A DNA stretch of 64,000 nt from the human T2T-CHM13v2.0 reference genome, Homo sapiens, in assembly GCF_009914755.1 (NCBI RefSeq), contig NC_060927.1; one strand, given 5' to 3'. Positions 57,939 to 64,000 of the stretch are shown here, in pieces. Numbering within the stretch: the first letter of the stretch is position 1; every line of letters starts with the position of its first letter. The translations under genes and the position numbers were made by a program. A model generated the notes under the pieces. It was not told where the DNA came from. It worked only from the letters and a program-made list of their open reading frames with translations, and searched no databases.

Positions 57939-58437
57939 TGTGGTAGGTTGAATAATGATCTCCCAAAATCCCTGGACTCTGTGCATGTTCATGGCAAAAA
58001 GGACTTTGCAGATGGGATTAAATTTAGGATCTTGAGACGGGAGATTATCCTGGATTATCTGAGTGGTTCTTAAGTGTAATCACAGGTATCTTTACAAGAG
58101 TGAAGCAGAGGGATATTTGACTACCAAAGAGCCAGACAGAAGGCGATGTGATGATGGAGCAGTGAGAGATTGAGGATGTCATGCTGCTAGCTTTGAGATG
58201 GAAGAAGGGGCTGAGAGCCAAGGAGTGCAACTATGGAAGCTGGAGAAGGCAAGGGAAATGGATTCTTTCCTAAAACCTCCGGGAGGAATCAACCCCGTCT
58301 GCATCTTGACTTTAGCAAGTCAAGACTTGACTGAGTTAGGGATTCTGCTCTCCACAACTGGAAGAAAGTAAGTTGGTGTTGTTTTAAGCCACTGTTTTTG
58401 TGATAATTTGTGATAGCAGCAATAGGAAATTAATAGA
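57939..58437 (+). mobile_element. MLT1D-like MaLR LTR
   Basis: tgtggtaggttgaataatg...ggcaaaaaggactttgcagatgggattaa...gcagcaataggaaattaata. Confidence 0.85.
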
Positions 58438-59323
58438 GGTACCCGTCATCATGTTAAAGCATCAAGTTAAAGCACAGAAAATGGAGGGAAAAATATTGTC
58501 AGTGTTTGAGTGACCAGAGTGTGGCGTGAAATTCCTTTTTTGAGCACTAGCTCATTTTCACAGTATTGATTTAAGCTCAAAGCCCCCCTTTTCCATGTAG
58601 CCTTCTTTCCCCATCTGGTTAGAAGTATTCTCTGTCTCTCACCTCTGTGTGTAACACTCCCATTCCACCTATTTTCTGCTAGGCATAATTACTAGGTATC
58701 TGGCATATAAACCTCTTATCTGCCAATTCATTAGTAAACTCCTGCAGGGCAGGGATCCCAACTATACTTTCCTTTGATTCATTCAACCAGTATTTATTGA
58801 GCATATGCTATATACTGGGCACAGTTCAGAGCACTTGAGGGGCAGAGTTGGAGGTGAGAGTAAAAAGGCAAAAATGTAGTACATGTATTTGGTATGTTAG
58901 GTGCGGTGTCAAAAATGTACAGGGGTTGGGGTCCAGTGTTAACATGCATTGGGTTGTTACTATGTGTCATGCATGTTACCAAGTGCTGATGTTTATTCTA
59001 ATATAACGCTCCCAACTTCCCTATAAGGTTAGTGCTATTATCTCCATTTTATAGATAAGTAAACAGAGGCTCAGAAAGGAATTCTATCAAAGGCCACCCA
59101 ACCTGCCTGACTCCAGGGGCCAGCCTCCCCACCATTCTGCATTACTGCCTCCATAAGCCTACCCAGCTAGGAAGCAGTATGGGCAGGATTGCCGAGGATG
59201 AGGAAGCCCCATGGCCCTGAGCCAAGATCTTTTACGTCAGAAACACTAAATGCCAAATGCCTATTTTCTGATTAAAAGCTGGTCATAAGTTAAAGACATA
59301 TGACAAGTGCATAGGTGACTTTA

Positions 59324-59699
<376 letters not shown>

Positions 59700-60759
59700 T
59701 CACGTAAGCAAGAGGCAGGAAACTGGTACATACTTTGTCAATAGGACAATTGCATTACCAAATAATTACATGATATTTCCAACATCAGAGAATGAGTCAG
59801 AACTATGGCCAAAGGAAGGTGAGGCTTGTCTCAATGGTGCTATGCGAGTGCCTGCTTTTTTCTCTTATGGTGGCCAGCCTGCCTTGCCAATGGAAAAGGA
59901 GGCCATCATCATCTATCTGTAAGCAGGGGTTGGGAGTACTGGGGTATAGGCTATAGTACACTCAGGCACTCAGGGGCTCTGGATTTGCCTCTGCTAGATG
60001 ATGTGGCATTAGCCAAACCGCTGAGGTTCTTTGGGAGCCCATCTGTCCACCACTTCCACAACCAGGAGCACCTTGCTCACTGAGGTCCCTGGAATTCCTC
60101 ATGACCTGAGGCTTTACAGATACAAGCACTGGTTCTCATTCCAAGGACCTGTGTCCTGGAATATTATCAAATATCTACTTACCTCCAAGCTGATGTAAAG
60201 GAGTGGAATCCATGTTTTTACTATCCCTTACAAAAGCTTTTTTTTTTAATTTCAATCATGACTACTATGTATTTGTATCTCAACTATAGCATAAATGAAC
60301 CCATTTAAGAAAAACGTTTCTCATTATCTATTCATGTGGGATAAAACCACTTTATAAAAGTATATCTTCATATCTATATTATCATATTCTCTAAAGTTAT
60401 AGATATGTCTTGTTACACAGAGAACTGATAATGGTGAATACAATTTTCTTACTTTCTAGAATGGTTGAATGTGAATGTGGGGTCCTAATGTTTAGAACAT
60501 ATAAAATTTGAACTGTACATTGAAATATGGGAAAATAATAGTAGATAACCTGACAACATGTTTGTATCATAGAAGAATAATGGTATTCTAATCTACAGAA
60601 TAAATAAAAGAGAAATTCCGTGTGTTCACATGCACACACATATACATAAATATATACAGAGAGATCTATATCTTAATACAGTTACAAATGGTACAACTCA
60701 AAAAAACTAGTTTACATTTATGTAGCAGTCACATCCTTTTAAGGTTGTTTCACATCTCT

Positions 60760-61195
60760 TTTCTCATTTTTATTCTTACAAGAATCCTGAGGAGTTAAGT
60801 GGAACAAGTCTTATTTCCCGCATTTTATAGATGATGAAGCCAAGGCACAGAGAAGCCAGGTGGCTTAGAAAACCAACACCCACCCCCAGCCAAGCAGTGG
60901 TAAAGTCAAGTCAGCTCTTTACTGGGCTGGAAGCCTAGACTCTTTTCTTGACACCTCTGCAGAAAATCAACATAGTAGTGACTCTGTTCTAGAAAGTATA
61001 CCATATTGGTTAAGAGCCTGGGCTGAGGGAAGATCTAAGATCAAATCTTGACTCTAGCATTTACCAGCTGTGCAATCTTGGATGTGTCCCATAACAGGTC
61101 AGTCTCAGTAGTTTTCAATCTATAAAATGGGAACTGATTGTACTGTACTTTTCAGGGTTCATAAAATAGATGACACATTCAAAGTAATTGAGAAA
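60760..61195. mobile_element. MIR fragments in opposite orientations
   Basis: cattttatagatgatgaagccaaggcacagaga, then ggttaagagcctgggc...tctataaaatggg. Confidence 0.65.
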
Positions 61196-61197
61196 AT

Positions 61198-61590
61198 TTA
61201 ATAAGGGATAAAAGTGTAGGCAGAGTTAAGGGCAGTCAACAAAGGACAGTAAAGCATCCTGTGGATAGCAAAGCAGCTCCCAACCCTGAAGAGGGGAGCA
61301 GCTGCCAGCAGCTGAAGAGAGGGTGGTGCCTGTGGAAGAGGGCCCCTGCCAGGAGGCAGGTGACAAAGAGAGGTGCCAGTCCTCAGCCCAAAAGAGCTCA
61401 AGTTGGGAGAAGAAATACCAGACTTTACTCTCATCTTACTCTGGGAACCTGACAGAAGCCAGAAGACATGGGAACTCCAAAGATGAAATCCATGAAGGTC
61501 AGAGCCCAGGCCACAAAGCAGGGTAAAGAGAGATGGAGAGTGGATCTGCAGAAGCAAATGGAGAATAACCTGCACACAAACCCCGTCTCA
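61198..61590. mobile_element. old ERVL-type LTR fragment (LTR33-like), opposite orientation to 1390-1810
   Basis: cagaagccagaagacatggga...cccaggccacaaagcagggt...gagagtggatctgcag is the reverse-complement counterpart of motifs at 1390-1450. Confidence 0.45.
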
Positions 61591-63858
61591 GGGTGGAGGC
61601 TGGGACGATTATATGAGATAAGATGAGAGAAATGACTAGCACAGGGCCCAGAGCATAAGTTCTCAATAAATGTTAGTTGTTAGAATGATTCTTCTTATTA
61701 TTATTCCCATTAATATTTGGTGGTGTTTTTCAGTTTCAGGGAGATATTTTTAGAATCTTGGCTGAAAAGAACCGACTTTGATCTGCAACCTAGAATAATT
61801 ATTCTACTCAGAGGTGGGATAGGTTTGTCAGCAGTTAGAAATACGATTCTAGACATATCCACAGGACTAATTCATAGGCTTATAAAGGAACTTTTGCATG
61901 TACATTTTCACATTGCGTCTGGTGACAGTGTAATTAAGATTATGTCAGGGTTTCCATTGTGTCTTGCTATTTTCAAGCTTTTATAACTTGGTTATAAATT
62001 TTTGCCCTGGCAAAAACTTGGCTTACTATATCTCAGCCTTTAGATGAAATTTTTTACAGAGAAAAACAATCTGTTAATTGTCTTTCACTTGAGTAATGGA
62101 ATATATGTGTGTTCATTGTGGGTGTAGATGTGTGTGTATATCCATCCATTAATACGTGTGGTAATAGCTTTGATGTTTTGTCTTCCTTCTTCCCTATCTC
62201 GATGCCATTAACCCTGCCACTTAATAAAGGAAATGACTCAAAAAGATGACTCATCCACAATTCCACCTAGCGGAAGAGAAGAAACAAAGAGCAAAAGAGC
62301 AGGAAAAGGCAGAAGGGAAAAGAATGGCTATATGACAGATGATTTACAATAGCCTTGCAAATAATTTTTTAATGTATCCCAGCCCTCACACTTTTCACAA
62401 AGTCAGTTCCCATTGGAGCTGAAACACGTAACCATTACTCTGCACCCACATGTCTTCTTGGATTTACTGGGAAGGAAAACAATGACTGAGTTAGCAAATA
62501 ACATTGTAGAGCAAACAGGACCTTCCAGCAATATTAGCATATTGCTTCCATTAAAGCAATATGCTAATTCCCATTCAACTGCTCAACTGAAATTTTAGGC
62601 AGGTAGTTAGATATCTAAGATACCTAAGGTAGAGGTACTCCTGGTTATTTACAAAGCTAATCTGCATCTCCAGAATAAAAAGCCAAGCCTGCTTTAAAAG
62701 CAGTGACAGAGAGGTAAAAGGAACAGGAAGAAAGCCAAGGAGACCTCAAGTGTGCTGGGTGTCTTTCTTTCTTTCTTTCTGGAAGAGTTCAGTCAAGTGA
62801 GAGACAATAGGACTAAGCAGGATAGGGGGCAAAAGCCTTTGCTTTTTAATATACATCCATAGCTCATGATTTTCTATAACATACTTGAAAATACTCAGTT
62901 TTCATTTTGGGTTGGATATAAATTTAGAATCGTGGTTGTTAGAAATAAAGGTCTCTGAGGGGTCATCACAAACTCACAGGCCCACAGGGTCCAGGCAGGC
63001 AGAGTGAGTGCCCCCGTAGGCCTCTATGAACCTAAAGGAGCAGACCACATGCCCTATCCACAGGGAGTGGACCCCCAGCTTCCCAGCAACTGTTGCTTTG
63101 TTGGAATATGGACCCTATGCTGCCAGATCTTCCAAATATTCAAGAGAAGCTGGAAATCTTCTCAAATGTCAACTCCATGAGGGCATGGAGTGTTTTGTCT
63201 GTTTGTTTGTAAGTGTGACCCTGGTGCCTATAAGAGCGTATGGCACACAGTAAGCTCTCAAAAAGGTTTTGCTGAATAAATACATGTAGAAAAGAAAGTA
63301 GACAAGCAAGCAAGCTGGATTTTTATGTGAATGCTCTTAAATTTTAATGTTGACAAATAGATTTTTGTTTTGCATGGCTTAATTAAAAGTAGGAGCCCAC
63401 TTCTGGGAGGACCAAACAAAACTAATCTCAGGGCTAGTTGCGATTTGTCACGAAATGCTACTTGGCCATCTCATGTCTAATTCAAGTTCTCTGTGCTGCA
63501 GACAAGAAAACCAAGGCCCCAAGACATTAAGGACTTGTTTAAGGGTCACACAGATGATTAGTGGCAGAGCCAGTAAACCAGTTAACTAACCTTCATCTTT
63601 AAATTTTCCATTTATAGCTTTTTCTTCCTTCATACCTTGCTGTTATTTCAAAAATAAATACAAAAACAAAAGCAAAAGATTAATAAATAAAGTTATATTC
63701 CTTTATAAGATTTCAAAGTATAGCCCAAAGCTTTACAATTAAAAGATAAGTTGCAAGGGAACATGGAACAACTTAGAAAGATACAGGAGGAACCATCCCT
63801 CCTGTGATTTTTCATACAGTCAGCCTGGCAGTGAAATAAGCTCTCCTTTCCAATATTT

Positions 63859-64000
63859 TGTCAGTTAGAGTAGTCCAGGTTATGCTGCAGGTGCAAATAG
63901 CCCCAAGATCTCAGCAGCTTTAAGCACAAGGTTTAGTTTTTGCTCACACTACATTTCCTTCATGGGTCCACTGGAAGTTCACTCTGCATTGTCCTTACCC
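63859..64000. mobile_element. old MaLR LTR (MLT1K/L-like), runs off the window
   Basis: tgtcagttag...ggttatgctgcaggtgcaaatagccccaagatctcagcagctttaa. Confidence 0.6.

Overview
Primate (human or great-ape-like) genomic DNA, rich in Alu, L1, L2, MIR, MaLR and Tigger repeats. The only host coding sequence I can support is one 5' coding exon in a CpG-rich island (36543-36763, + strand). It encodes MQVSIACTEHNLKSRNGEDRLLSKQSSTAPNVVNAARAKFRTVAIIARSLGTFTPQHHISLKESTAKQTGMKY(R), which I recognise as the N-terminal inactivation ('ball') exon of KCNAB1 isoform Kvbeta1.1. No further KCNAB1 exon is visible, so the rest is read as intronic. The left half is a stack of antisense L1s: an old L1M, an L1MA with both ends, a TSD and a ~1.9 kb RT deletion, an L1 fragment split by a full-length Tigger1, and a young full-length L1PA2-like element (23574-29625) with intact ORF1, intact ORF0 and a triply broken ORF2. 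The most interesting observation is that this L1's antisense promoter and ORF0 point in the KCNAB1 sense direction ~7 kb upstream of the Kvbeta1.1 exon. ORF0 splice donor 2 has the same phase-2 'AG|' split-Arg junction as that exon, so it could act as a hominoid-specific alternative first exon giving an in-frame ORF0-Kvbeta1 fusion. This is inference and needs RNA evidence. Repeat subfamily names and boundaries come from recalled consensus sequences and are approximate unless a TSD is given.
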